Source: Tubulanus polymorphus
Taxonomy: Eukaryota; Animalia; Nemertea
Direction: 5' to 3'
NCBI RefSeq assembly: GCF_964204645.1
Contig: NC_134031.1
Location: 3,410,001-3,474,000, forward strand
Length of the DNA stretch: 64,000 nucleotides
Position numbers and translations under genes: made by a program. This document shows, piece after piece, positions 13,301-26,500 of this stretch. The notes below the pieces were generated by a model, which saw nothing but the letters and a program-made list of their open reading frames with translations, searched no databases and was not told the origin of the DNA. Every line of letters begins with the position of its first letter. Within the stretch, counting starts at the first letter, position 1.

Positions 13301-14061
13301 ACACAAAATCCAGCATCTTATCTCGGATTTTTAAGATGCGGCAAAACTTTCGAATATCAACATGACGGGATCGTTCATTATCAAACAATTCTGTCGAACG
13401 TTTGTTTATGTGTATACATTTTTCCAAAAAGGTGTACATCCCAAAATTATCAATTCGTTCTTGAAGAAGGCTTGGAAGCCAAAACCAAACAACAAACCAA
13501 TAAGAAACAGGGTTTGGCAGACGACATAAGTGTTTACTGAATACCTTCAATTTCACGATGGGCCAAACATTAATAAATAACACAAAACTTCACTGTGAAC
13601 GTGTGGCATGAAATCATACAGAAAGAACGTGTTTTTTATCATACACCAAATAATTGTTTGAGGAGCGCGTAATGAAACGAGGTCTTAGAATAACCTAAGA
13701 CTAAGAAAACAGAAAAACAAGTGTAGCGGCGCACAAGTACATATATTTATGTGTAGGCCTATCTGTAAAAAACGATATATATATACCATTCAAAGTGTGA
13801 TTCAAAAAATTGATTGAACTTAATAAAAAAAACTATGAATTATTAAGGTAAGATTTTTTTTAAAGATCATTGTTAATATAGTGAACAGTTGGACGGTTTT
13901 CCCAGTTTATCGGATTCATAATTTAGACGTATTTTTCTAGGTTTTTGTTGGTGACGGATAACACGTCGACAAGGTTATACTAGTCCACGTGTTGACTCAA
14001 AAATCACAGTTTCCTCCGCTGGCGCAAACTAAACATCCGAAAAGGATTATATCGAGTTAAC

Positions 14062-14319
14062 ATGTTGAAATGCTGAGTCAATCCGAAGGTGACACCTGAA
14101 ATCGAAAACTTTCCGCTGATGAAACATTACATAGAAAAGATGTATCGCCGGTTTACTTATTGCATGATAGCTTGGTTTCTTGTAGCCATTGTTTTCATCG
14201 TTGTTGGTGGCATTCTTCTGGCCGCTTACAGCAATGCCACGAATGAAAATATAGCCATTCTGGGCGCAGTGCTTTTAGGTGTCGGGGCGCTGTGCCTTTT
14301 AATCGCGTTCTGTGCGTAG
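14062..14319 (+). pseudogene. Paralogue of the 15428-15811 two-TM protein, with in-frame TGA at codon 5 (pseudogene, truncated gene, or Sec recoding)
   Basis: MLKC*VNPKVTPEIEN...AIVFIVVGGILLAAY...IAILGAVLLGVG aligns with MGGCCCNFKVGPDIEN...AIVFITVGAVLLAFY...VAILGAVLLGIG. Apparent 5' non-coding exon (donor about 13847, acceptor 13940). Confidence 0.6.
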
Positions 14320-15427
14320 AAGGGAGACGCACGAATGATGAAGAGAGTGAAAACGTACAAGATTTATTGCTCTCGATGTTTAACGTGCCAAAATTAGATT
14401 CTTTCTTATCGTGACTACATTATACTCAAAAAACCTCTCTGTCATAAGATATAGATTACATTACATAAATACATATGACAAGCAATTCGTATCGATCTGT
14501 CTTTGTTTCGTTGAGTTTATTCTGAAATGTAGTATATTCCAAGATATCAACGTTGTTCTCCGAAGAAAACCAAAAACAAAACTAAAACGTCATCGAAATC
14601 TCGTTACCACAAGCTCAATTCGCCAAGAAACGTCTTTGATGTCGAAATCATGTAGAAAGAATTCCTTTCTATTGCACGTAATGAAAGGAGACGTCTTAAA
14701 ATATTCAAAGCAAAAAAGAAATGTGTCACAGTGGTCGTAAATTAGGCCATTGCACAGAATGTGTATAATATACCTGGATACCGCTTGGAACGAATGAGTG
14801 ATTAATATCAACAACCATAATCTAAGAGAGAGAAGTAAATTACGCGTGACGAAGGTAAGATTTTCTCCAATACACAACAGTTATATGTTTCTTCAGCAAG
14901 AAATCTTTCGTCATATCGACCTTAGGAATTCAGGTTGCCCATTACAAAAAAAATATAGTAATTTGTTGGATATCATTGGGCAAGAATTTGGTAATTTGAA
15001 ATTACGTAGGCCTATAAATACACGTATAATCCCCAAAAATACTTTCATTCTGAGCTAGTCTTCCTTCTTTATTGTAGGGTTATTCATGATCAAGAAATCA
15101 CCATCATTAGCTTTTAATCCTAGGAATTCATCAGGTTGTCTGACAAAAACAATAACTCCGACGTATCATTGGGCAAGAATCAGGTAATTTGAAATTACTT
15201 GTATTCCCAAAAGTACTTTAATTCTGAGTCTTTTTTCATTGTGATTCAATTGCAATATCGTGTCAATTCGACTGATGAATTAGCTTGTAATGTTCTGGGG
15301 CAGTTATAATCATATTGATATTAATGGTTTTTTTTCTTTAGTTTTCAGTGATCGAGACGGAGATTGATAGATCTACATTTTTACCACATTCGTTTACACC
15401 CGAAAAGGAAAATTGACTCAAGCAATC

Positions 15428-15811
15428 ATGGGGGGCTGCTGCTGCAATTTCAAAGTGGGTCCCGATATCGAGAACCCAGTGATGAAGAAATTTCAGAAGA
15501 TAGTACGTCGAACTATCCATTGCATAATCGCCGGAATTCTGATAGCTATCGTCTTCATCACTGTAGGCGCCGTTCTTCTAGCCTTTTATGGCAATGATAT
15601 AAACAGCACGGTAAATTCGACGACCAAAATTGTAGCCATCCTAGGCGCAGTGCTTTTAGGGATCGGATTGCTTTCTCTTGTAATTACGATACTCGTTATT
15701 ACAGTCATATGTTTAGCGACTCGAGAAGTTGACAGACGACATATGGAAAGTGGGCTACGAGTGGACATGAATAAAGTACCCGATGGGGCTTATCCAAAAC
15801 AAAAAGCGTAA
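15428..15811 (+). CDS. Uncharacterised small two-TM membrane protein (127 aa) with N-terminal MGGCCC
   Basis: ATG in good context (atcATGg), two hydrophobic helices, a tandem paralogue upstream, and an apparent 5'UTR intron (donor about 14855, acceptor about 15348). Confidence 0.7.
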   Translation: MGGCCCNFKVGPDIENPVMKKFQKIVRRTIHCIIAGILIAIVFITVGAVLLAFYGNDINSTVNSTTKIVAILGAVLLGIGLLSLVITILVITVICLATREVDRRHMESGLRVDMNKVPDGAYPKQKA

Positions 15812-16170
15812 CAAATGCGACTCCTCAAAGAATTGATTATGATAAACAATTATAAATTGGACAATTTGTCATGTACATACACTCAAAATTGGCGCATTCA
15901 AGCATGACTGGCAGGGTCGATGGATGAGCTGACACTGGCAGGAGCACAGAGAAACAAAGGATGCAATTTTCAGGGACTGTCTTGGGTGACATTAAAGAGG
16001 ATTGTTAGCTAAGAATTGTGCAGCCTCCCATAGTTGCGGGTGGAAGATTGCCCTGAAAAATTGCCGTTGGGCACTGGAAAACGTTCTCCTTGTGTTAGGA
16101 TTCAGCCTCCGACAATAGTTCCTCGATTCAACCCCACCTCCCTGATTCAACCCCACCTCCCTGATTCAAC

Positions 16171-16209
16171 CAGGGAAGTGTAATAAATGTAACTCATTAC
16201 ACTTCCATG
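16171..16209. mobile_element. 39-bp mini TIR element with 7-bp ATTCAAC duplication
   Basis: cagggaagtgtaat...attacacttccatg, flanked by attcaac on both sides; preceded by a 19-bp tandem repeat. Confidence 0.5.
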
Positions 16210-18014
16210 ATTCAACGAACCGTTTGAAAAATGGTAAAGTGGTTGTTCGAACCTACGCCACGAGTTATGTTCATATGCGTCATATTGGCCGTCACCTGTA
16301 ATTATAGCCACCACGGATAAACTGTGATGTATCTCTTCTCAGCGTAGATGAATGATAATTGATTATTGGGATTCAGATTCGATATGTCGATGAACTTTAA
16401 ACACCGTCATATTGTTGTATCGTTCATTACTGTAATTAGATATTCAACACGATAACAATAACTGCTGAATTTGAATGAGAGTTTGTCTTGTCCTTTTTTA
16501 GAATACCTAAAAATTACTTGGCGGACCAGTGATGAAACCAGAAGAGTTTTCTTTATTCTTCAAGCACACAAATCTTTATTTTTTTTTTCACAGCTGTCTT
16601 TAAACAATAATTCGTATATCCTCGGTATCTAATTAATATATTTAAAGATTTTACATTTTGGTACAAAATCATAATAATAGTAATAGACAATCAAACTATG
16701 TAGTTAAAATAGCATCTAAAATATAAACTAAACAAAATATTCGTTATTGTCTTTTCGGTAAGTAAGTTCACAACACAAAACTCAAAATGAATAGAAACTT
16801 CAGAATCCAGTTTCAAAGTTGTCCGATTTTCACCAGAGTGGCCCAACTTTGAAACTGGTTCCATTTTTCGTTTCTCACTAGGAAAATGCCCTTCTTTTTT
16901 TCAAGGTCATCCATCTCTTTCACAAGCATCACCAGTATTGATACAGCATAGGCCCGTTCCCCAGGAGTAATGTCTAAGTTACCTGATGGATGACCTCCCT
17001 ATACATGTACATATACTTAACATTGTTAATATACAATATCTATACAGGTTCTGTTGATACAATAGTAGACATTCTTGACTAAATCGGGACCGGTGACTTC
17101 ACGAGTAAGGTGATAATTCAACTTGAAAGGATCCCAGCTGTATGAAATCTACTATATATAGTAGCGAAATGGAATCTTGTCATCAACAAACTTCGAGAGA
17201 CTAGAAAATCTGTTTAATGTTCACACACAACAGTTGAACCTCGTCACAAACTTCAGGGGAACACAGTTCGTTGGAATCAATTACATTTTCTTAATATTTG
17301 AGTCAAAATCCTTAGTTTGCTACATCAGATGAATCGTTACATCATTATGACAAGGTTGCACTACAGTCCAAGTCCTTTATAACGCCATAAAGCATTAACT
17401 GATGCCAATCTTACTCAAATTACAACGGAAATACTATTCATTATAGCGCTATTTTTTCATAATTCCCAACAGCGTCGTTATAAAGGACTTTTGCTGCGTT
17501 CATCTATTTTCATATTTCAAAGGACTAGAATTCGTTAGTGAGAAACTAGACTCCCATATTTACACGCTTTCAATACCACATGACCATGCTTATAAATATA
17601 AGTGCGAATTGCGCAGGCAACGTTGCCGTACAAATCCATTCCTGAATAAATGAATTTATGAAAAAGTAAACGTACAAACATGTACAAACGCACGCGGAAT
17701 GCTTTTAAATAAACAGTGTACAGTAGACTGTGTCAATCAAATCCGACCAACTTGGATATAACTGTTTAAATAGGATATTTGATGAAATATCTTCCTGATC
17801 CTATATACGGGTAATGAAAATGCCATCTACCATATACCATATCTAACCCGGATATCTCGCTCGAGTCGCGACAAAAACACCCACATCAAGCGCAGTCTAC
17901 TGCGTTCCTATCGACACAACAACAACATAGGCCTACCATTAATGATATGCGTGAATAGCTGCCCATATAACAAATATCATTGACAGTAAAATAGGGCATG
18001 TATCTGATGTACAG

Positions 18015-18687
18015 GACCCAGTACCACAGTTGTGAGTTAAATTTCAACTCAAGGATCGAATCCCTTAACCCAGAGTAAAATTTTAAGGTTAAAATCCGTT
18101 TCATAGTTGTCGGCCAGATTGGACCTTAGAGTTAAAATTAACCAAACAGAGTCAAATTCTAACCGAGGATCAGACTTAAGCCCGGCGCACACGGGCGACA
18201 GTTTCGAGCAATTCTCGAGCAACCGCCCGACGTCGAATGAAAAAATCGCTTGTTTGCGGCAAGGGGCGACAGCGATTGCTCGTTGTTGAAAGGAATTGCT
18301 CCGTGTCGCCCAATATCAAACATATTTGATATTGGGCGACGGAAAATTGCTATATTCAACGGGAGTTGCCCGTGTGCGGTAGCTGGAGACGCCAAGCAAC
18401 GCGCACCGCATCAACCTAGCCAATGACTAAATGAATAATTATCATGTGATACTTCCAAATACGGCATCACCCGGGTTAGTAGCGTGCCCATCTTGACGAG
18501 TCACATGATAAAAATGTTTGGCACAAAAGATAATCGCCTCTCTGTCGCCAGTGGTCGCATACGGGCGACACCTAGCGATCGATTGCTCAACGGTTGCTCA
18601 AAAATCGGTCGCAGCAACCGGCGACTGAAAATTGCCTCGTGTGCGCCAGGCTTTACAGTTAATCATGACCAACTGTGAAACCGGGTC
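18015..18687. mobile_element. CAG-flanked MITE containing a nested second element
   Basis: Ends gacccagtaccacagttg / caactgtgaaaccgggtc, with CAG on each side. Confidence 0.6.
18179..18652. mobile_element. Non-autonomous Harbinger-like element with TTA target duplication
   Basis: TIRs agcccggcgcacacg / cgtgtgcgccaggct; TTA at 18176-18178 and 18653-18655; GC-rich interior. Confidence 0.8.
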
Positions 18688-18746
18688 CAGTTAAACGGAG
18701 AGACTAAAGTACATGTAAAAGGATCAGGTTCAATGTTTTCATTCTG

Positions 18747-18858
18747 GGTCTAGTTCCTCACTGGTGAGTTAAAGATTTAACTCCCGAGTTAAAATCAGTT
18801 CATTTTGAATGTTTTGACTCTAAGAGTCAAATCTAACTCACAACTGTGGAACTGGAAC
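18747..18858. mobile_element. MITE, 'GGACCCAGTTCCACAGTT' family
   Basis: TIRs ending actgtggaactggaac, CWG flanks; family members at 38316 and 56135, degenerate copy at about 45617. Confidence 0.75.
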
Positions 18859-18889
18859 CAGCATATTAAACAGCGCTCTCTCTCTAATA

Positions 18890-19055
18890 CAGTCAAAATC
18901 GGTTAAGTTGTCATTATTTATATTATTCATCGCTTTGTTAGTTGTCGTTATTTTTGAGTACCAATTTGCTTATTTCCAATTAATTCGATTTACTAAGTGT
19001 AAGTTGTCATCATAATGAGGGGGCCCAGCTTTGACGATTTCAGCGAGTTTGACTG
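18890..19055. mobile_element. Tc1/pogo-like MITE remnant
   Basis: TA-cagtcaaa ... tttgactg-TA termini. Confidence 0.5.
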
Positions 19056-19723
19056 TAAAATAAATCATTTGAACAGGCAAAATTATCATATTCAACAAAT
19101 GTAGTCCGAAAGTAACGATTACAATAGGGTACATGTAATACTGGACACTTCAATCATTTCAAGTGAAAATTGCAGACACTAACAATCAAATGCAGTCAAG
19201 GACTTAGGTCAGTGTCTGTTAAAAATGATTTTTCAACACATTGAAAACGATTTTGTAAATGCTTAGTAAAAAGATTGGAAACGTTGGTAGTTTCATCTTC
19301 ATGTTTAAAGTGTGTCTGATTGAACTGTCATGTATATATACGAGGGTTATCTATTGTGACTCTATAGTACACGAGGTTGACTAGCTGCAACCCGGCAAAT
19401 TGTCCTCGACCAATCACATCGCGTCATTACACGCGTTCGCGGACGATTTGCCGGTTCTTTTAAAGATTATGACCGGCATCGGAAATATCTTTTTCATCAA
19501 TCGGTTTATAACCTATACATACATAGAAAACTAGCTATTCAATAGTACTTAGTATAAACGAACATACGTTAAAAAACAAATATCCTAAATTAAAAACTTA
19601 TACAGAATGGCGGAAAATTCAAATGAATCGTGGATAAATGCCTGATTTGACTCATTAGTGACCTAGAAACATCAACGTACATGCCTAGTAGACTGCACCT
19701 TACTCGATAGCTTAAAGCTTTAA

Positions 19724-20010
19724 CCCTTTCAGTGCTGACTAATTGATACCCTATAGAACTGAAGATAATTTGAAAATCTTTAAAATTCCACCCTAGTGTG
19801 TTGAATAACGGGAATACCACCATAGTGCGTCTACACCGGGATGCACTTTATCGTTAGTTACTAGAATTTCACTATGTTTGACAGGTGCTGCCTTTTTTCA
19901 AGAGAGATAATTACTAATTACTGATTACATCAATACACCGCAGTGCAGTGTACTAGCAAAGTCTATCACTGATTTATACACCGCACTGCGCTGTAGACAC
20001 ACTGAAAGGG
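19724..20010. mobile_element. piggyBac-like MITE
   Basis: TTAA-ccctttcagtg ... cactgaaaggg-TTAA. A fragment of the right end recurs at about 52130-52178. Confidence 0.8.
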
Positions 20011-20077
20011 TTAACTGGTTAAGACATCAAATTTATGTAGCTATAAACTTAATTGAAACTTGAACTTAAATCAACTG

Positions 20078-20188
20078 GGACCGGTTCCAATCATGGCTAA
20101 GACTTAAGACCAGTCTCAGACTGTCTTGTTCCATAGCTAACAACACAACTTAAGATTTAAGACCACTTTTCGACTATGGAACCGGTCC
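20078..20188. mobile_element. CTG-flanked MITE
   Basis: TIRs ggaccggttcca / tggaaccggtcc with CTG duplication. Confidence 0.75.
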
Positions 20189-20552
20189 CTGGAAACCAAC
20201 CGAGTTATGAATCGGAGAAATAGAAAGACTCTCCTAGAATTCACAGTGAGCAGTTTCCGGGTTGACCGTTAACGAGTAAGGAAGCGGCTATTGAAAAATT
20301 TGCTTCTGATCAATGCTTTTTCAACATTTTTAATCGCTCAATGCTTGACTACGATCATCTTTTAATCTTTTCGAACTAGAATCTTTGAAAAATTCATAAA
20401 TCTGGCACTTCAAATTATCATAGGGAGATTTTCAATTTACCACTGATTTCTGAAATTCAATTTCATTAATGGCTGCCGCGTTGGGGATTTCCATAGATCG
20501 ATGTATCTAAAAGGTAACTATAATTTCACAGATGGTATATTTTCTAGGAACA

Positions 20553-23500
20553 TTATAGACGTATTTTTCCGGAACATATATCCGCGTAAGCTGCATTATC
20601 TAACGGCTTATACACGCCTGCTCTTATATCCAAATAGTATAGGCGATCGCTCACTAAATTCGGATCGTAACTTTCTTTTTTCAGGTCGACTTTCTTCAGT
20701 TTGAATGTTCCTGTGAAATATACATAACAGGCATGTACGACAAAAATTTTACCGGTAATATTTTTCTAAAAAAATTCATCAGATTCTACTGGCTCCAATT
20801 AAATAGCCAATATTCAAGATCATCAAAGACTAGTCTCAGCTACTTTTGTTCTACTAATGAGCTGATACGGTCTTCGCAGAAGTAAGGACATTTTCAAGGA
20901 GGCACCAATCGAATCTTCACTTTCCTTGAGAAGATAATATTATCAGATACAGCAAAACATCCACCATCAGAGATGGTTGACAGCTCTGTTATAGCAAATC
21001 AACTAATCTTCTTAAAACAGTTTTGAAATTCACGACCAGTTTTGGAATGAAATTACTAATGCGCTAGATATAGCGACTAACCTGTGGTTTCGATGTGATC
21101 TTTAATCCTCACAAACAATGGTCTTGCATAGGGTGGCAATGCTTTACTACAAGCAGACGCGAGGTGATTCAAATCTAGCGTGCCAGCCTCGTCGACTATC
21201 GTTACCATACCGGCTTTACCTTCCGATCCTGCAAGAAAAATTAAAATTAGGAAAATTGCTCAAAGCAATCGAGTCAAAATGTCATTATTCTCTTAGGATT
21301 TTCAACAATATCATAGCTTTTTCTTCAACGGTCCTAAGTTGTTAGATTGGCTATAGATCTAAAATGGCCTAATGCGGGGCTTAGATCTAAGCCTTGCCGG
21401 CCTTGACTGATGTTCGTTACGTACCTGGAACATCGACACCGTAAACTACGGCATCTTTTAGTTTGATGATATTCATAACGGTCGCTTCCACTTCGGAAGT
21501 CGATACGTTTTCTCCGCGCCATCTGAACGTATCACCCGTTCTGTCTTTAAAGAATAGATTACCGTAGTCGTCCATGATCAGTAAATCACCTGCCGAATAA
21601 GAATAATTGAAACTATAAAACACAAACTAAGGCTTCAAAGCTTTATGTATTATTCCGGAAGCGATTCAAAAGTTTTGTCATATACAGTACGCCCGGTGGG
21701 TTTTGGACTGTTACTATTTCTGATTTTGTATCTTTTATAAAAGTCTATTCTTCAACTGACTAACTGACTGCTAAGACCACGAGCCCTGGATTAATGAAAG
21801 ACCAGTATGTGAAAGACTGATTGCTAGCACCAGGATTCAAACACATGAACCCTGGATTGATGACAGACCAGTGAATGACTGACTGCTACCACAAGCATTT
21901 AAGCCTATGAACCCTATGTTTATGAAATCAATACCGGTATGCGAAAGACCATTCAGCCTCTCAGTTGAAGCAGGCGGTTAATGAGCAAGGAGTTTTTTGG
22001 AGATATGAACTCACCTGTAAGGAAGGCCATGTCTCCTCGATGAAAGACATCCCTCGCTACTTTCTTTGTAGTGGCGCCAGTATTACCAACATAACCATCG
22101 TACGAACGCACTGGATCTGACTGAATGATTTTACCGACCAGCTCACCGGGCTCACCTAACAACAGTTCAAAACAATACATTTATACAGAAAAATGAGAAA
22201 GGTTTTGAAATATGTAGTTGAAATATATGACTAGTCAGCACTCGAAAATCTTGACCAATTCAGTCTATCGTTTCAGCGTTTTTTACTATAACTCAAGCAA
22301 TGAGACCCACAATTACTTTCCGGCCAAGCATGCCTACCAATACCCATAGGACAACAAACTGAATTTTGTTTTTCTTTTCAATAAAATTTCATCTAGATTT
22401 TCAGTCTCCGACTTGAAATATCAGGCAAATCAAATCTGCTGATCGCGAAGGGTCCATATCTTACATTTTAATTTCCTTTTGAATTTGAGAAATAATATGG
22501 ATAGATTTCAATAAAATCCGCGAAAAAATCTGGTATCCATGTCCTTTTGCACACTAGTGATACCTGGTGGGTGCTCTTTTGTCACAGCGTGGCGGATTAT
22601 CAACAGGTGACTGTACTCAGTCTCTGTTTTTTAACTTTTTTGAAAATAGACACTTTTTTCAGTCTCTCTTACCGGCTCCACATTTGATACACAATCCACG
22701 TCGATCTCGTAACGGTTCTCCAGTTTGCGGGTCGACTTTAATCAACGTGATCGGGTAGAGGAACGGAGCGATTCTCGTGTTGAAACCTACTGCACCAACT
22801 GTATTATCAATATTCACTGAAACGCAGAGAATGAGAGAGTAAATCCAGGGGGGGATTAGCTGCAGTCAAAACCTTAACTCAGACATGTACAAGCTTATTT
22901 CGTTTGCTGGGTAAAAGGTTAAAGAACATTTTTGGATGTACTGTATTTTCTTCGTGACATGTGCAGAGTTTATTCAGGAACAGTGCAAATATCTAACAGT
23001 GAATGAGAAGGATCAGCTATGAGATAACTCGTAGTGGAAATGATGGCAGACGCCGGAACCACGAGATATCTCGTAATTTGACAGCGAATGCATTAAAGCT
23101 GAAATGATTTCATACTTACAGACGTTCGCATTGCCTTCAGTCGCGCCGTAGAATTCAGCGATTTGTTCGATGCCGAATCGTTTCGTAAATTCCTCCCATA
23201 TTTGCGGACGTAATCCGTTGCCGAACATCATGCGTACGCGATGCTGTTTCTCCGATGGACGTTGCGGCTGAGCGAGCAAATAACGACATATCTCACCAAT
23301 ATACTGAGCAACCTATAACAACATCTTATCATATAACATATCAGTCATTCAAGGATATGATGAGTTTCCAAAGAGAAAGTTCAAATTCAAGGAATTGTCT
23401 GCATCATTTTCATATCCAAATTACTGTAGACTCCTATAAATCGGTACCGTTTATCTTGGTAAACCGGTTATTCAGAGGTTTTGTAAGCACATCTTTATCT

Positions 23501-26500
23501 TTACACTAAAACCCTAAATCAATACTGTTGGCACGTGGAATTTTTTCACCTAATTAAGCTGTTACTGAATTAGGAACTGAGGTAAGTATTTTCTGTACAA
23601 AAACGAAACTAAACAAGAATTTCAAAAAACCTATTTCTCAAAATCGAAGGAGTTTAAAAGGAGTTTTGTCCATATGAAAACAATTTCAAGCACCTATAAA
23701 AGCATTTTTGGTTTGGAAGGATTTTTTAGGGAATCAAGGAGTTTTAGGTATTAACTATCATTACTTGCATCGATCATCAAAGCACTTACTGTACACTGGT
23801 ATTTGACGCAGTCGTCCCAGAATTGGCTGGCAGAGAATTTCTGACGTATGACCACCGTACAGCCGTGCAGTATCGCCTGCCCGGTACCCAGTACACCACC
23901 AGCAGTGTGATAGAGCGGAAGCATGTCGTACACGATATCATCATGTCTGACCCCGAACATTCGATTCACCATATCCGCCATATAGAAATACCTAAACGAA
24001 TCACAGAAAACAATGAATAATAATACAAATCAAAAGTTGGATTATTCTAAGGTGCAAATGAAATGTCTCTAGATATGTTGTATCTTTTGAATCTGTATTT
24101 AGTGCGTTTTAATCTTATTATCTCGAATGTGGCTATTCTACTATCGAGCCACTCAAATAATCGTAATAAGACACATTAAATATTTCAGTAACATTTTTTG
24201 ATCCAAATAATGCAGCCTCGGAACCACCTCTCATACAATCTATAACTCAAGGGTGGCTGCAGACTACTGAGGTCAGTCGTTCAAACGATAACCAGTCGAC
24301 TAGTGACAATTAAAATTGCACTGTTACCAAAGTATTTATATGCTGGCTAACTTCATCCAACTTTTGAGCAACTTTTGATGTTGATGTAAAAGTCTTCAAT
24401 AAATGACAATGAATTGATTTTTCCTGAATTCGTAACAATAACAATACCGGTATTATCTTACAATTCTTCGATCAATATCGCATTTACCTCGAATGAGCAA
24501 CGACAGCCGCTTTAGGAAGTCCCGTTGTTCCTGACGTGTAAACGTAAAACAAACAATCTACAATAAACAACACATGAACATCAACAAATAGTTCTACAAA
24601 CAGCATATGCAGCTAATAAAAGCATATAGAGGCGGTCAGTAAACAATCAGTACTCTGAACCAACTCAATTTTGAATTTAAAAAAATCTTTAAACCTTCTT
24701 CATCCCATATGCAGGAGAACGCTCTCCGAGAAATAATTCTGTTACCACCAGGGGCCAGTTGCTAAAAATTTGGTTGGAGTTAACCAGTGTATAGGTGACA
24801 TAGTGGCAACTTTTAGCCAACGTTTGAGCACCAGGATTGACAAGAAAGACTGATGGCTTTAACCGCCAAGCCACAGCAAGCTAAGAACTTTATCATCTTT
24901 GACTTGGGCACACTTTATTCAAGATATCAACTTAGTTTCAATTCAAAATCTACATCATTCCTATACCCCTTACTCCGCTAAAAACTGGAATTTTTACGAT
25001 TCTCACAAAATCTGGCGGCCCAGTTAAGATCAGATTATAGATTGTGAGTATTTCCGAAATTAAATTCGTTCGTTACCTTTGAATTTACAATCCGGTTGAG
25101 GTGGACTATGAGTGGGGCTTCGTTTCAACAGGGGACCGAGATCTTGAGCGCCTGGTACCATTATATCAGTACTATTGTATTGTCCGAAATAACAATATAT
25201 CTGAACGCCTCGACTCAACGATGGCTGAACATCTTTGATAGCTTGAAAAACAAAACAGTAAAATCATTCTCAAGATTATCATTGTGATTCAAGGTTGATT
25301 TTTAAGTATCATCACAAGGCTTTCTACCTTAGGATGGTCAATTTTCATGCTGAATGCACAATTTTGTAGTGCAGTATCAGAAGGCAACTAGTAATTATAC
25401 TAAATAAGTATAATTTTAAGGTTTAATTCTCAAGTTTTTATTCTGCAGTTATCATGCTAAGGCATATCAGGACAATTCCAAGGTTCAACTTTTTATAGAG
25501 CAGTTATCTAGGACAATTTTTAAGTTTAATCAAAATTGTACTGTTAAGTTTATCACGGTGGAAAAAAAATAAGGTCCTAAAAGAAGGACAATTTTTAGGT
25601 TTATTCAAATTTTATCGTGCTAAAGACTCGCGATCTAGCAATCTCAATGAATTCCCGTGATTTTTAGCTTTTTTACAAAATTCCCCGACTTTTCCCCGAA
25701 TTCCAGGTTAAGTGGCCACCCTATTTTTACCTTCTCCTAAATCGCTACCGTAAACAACGGCTTTGGCGTCGGCCGCGTTGATACAGTGCATCAGCGAATC
25801 GGATTTCAGATTGTAATTCAACAACGCGGGGATGACGCCGATCTTCGACAATCCCAACCACAAACAAACGTATTCGGGTCGCGACTGCATGTATACGCAG
25901 ATGACGTCGCCTTTCCGGTAGCCGGACTCGTGGAAATAATTCGCGATCGCGTTCGAGAAATTATCGACGTCTTCGAACGTCCAGCGGTCGTTTTCGTACA
26001 TGAACGCGATTTTCTTCGCGTGGCGTTTGACCGTCTCGCCGAAGATTATCGGCACGGTGTAGTTGTTCTTGATGTAACGCTTCATTCGGATTTTGTTGCG
26101 CAACAGATGTAACAAACCACTGGAAATATAAACGCGAGAACAATAATCGCTTTAAGAGATAGTGAAACAGAGAGAAAGCAGGTCAATTTGTAACTGCGTC
26201 AACTCGTACTCTATTGCTGATAACATGTCCCTGTATTTTGACAACTTGTACCGTAAATAGTGGACAACTTACCGCTGCATTCGACAAGCTATTCACCTCA
26301 CCTACTCAAAAAACTTATTTCCTTGTTTAATTTTTGAATAAAGGCTATGATTCCTCTTGTGTTTCATATCAAAGCAAAAAACATGATTTTCTTTTCGCAA
26401 CATGATATACACGCAACAAAGTAGGTATTTTTTACTCCTGTGAAAAACCCTTTTTGGGATAAGGATCTTAAAACATGTAGTTTTTTGTTGATACGAACAA

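Noticed and set aside
15900-16120. GC-richer island possibly from a LINE 5' region or ribozyme
   Set aside because: Could not identify a fold, ORF or second copy.
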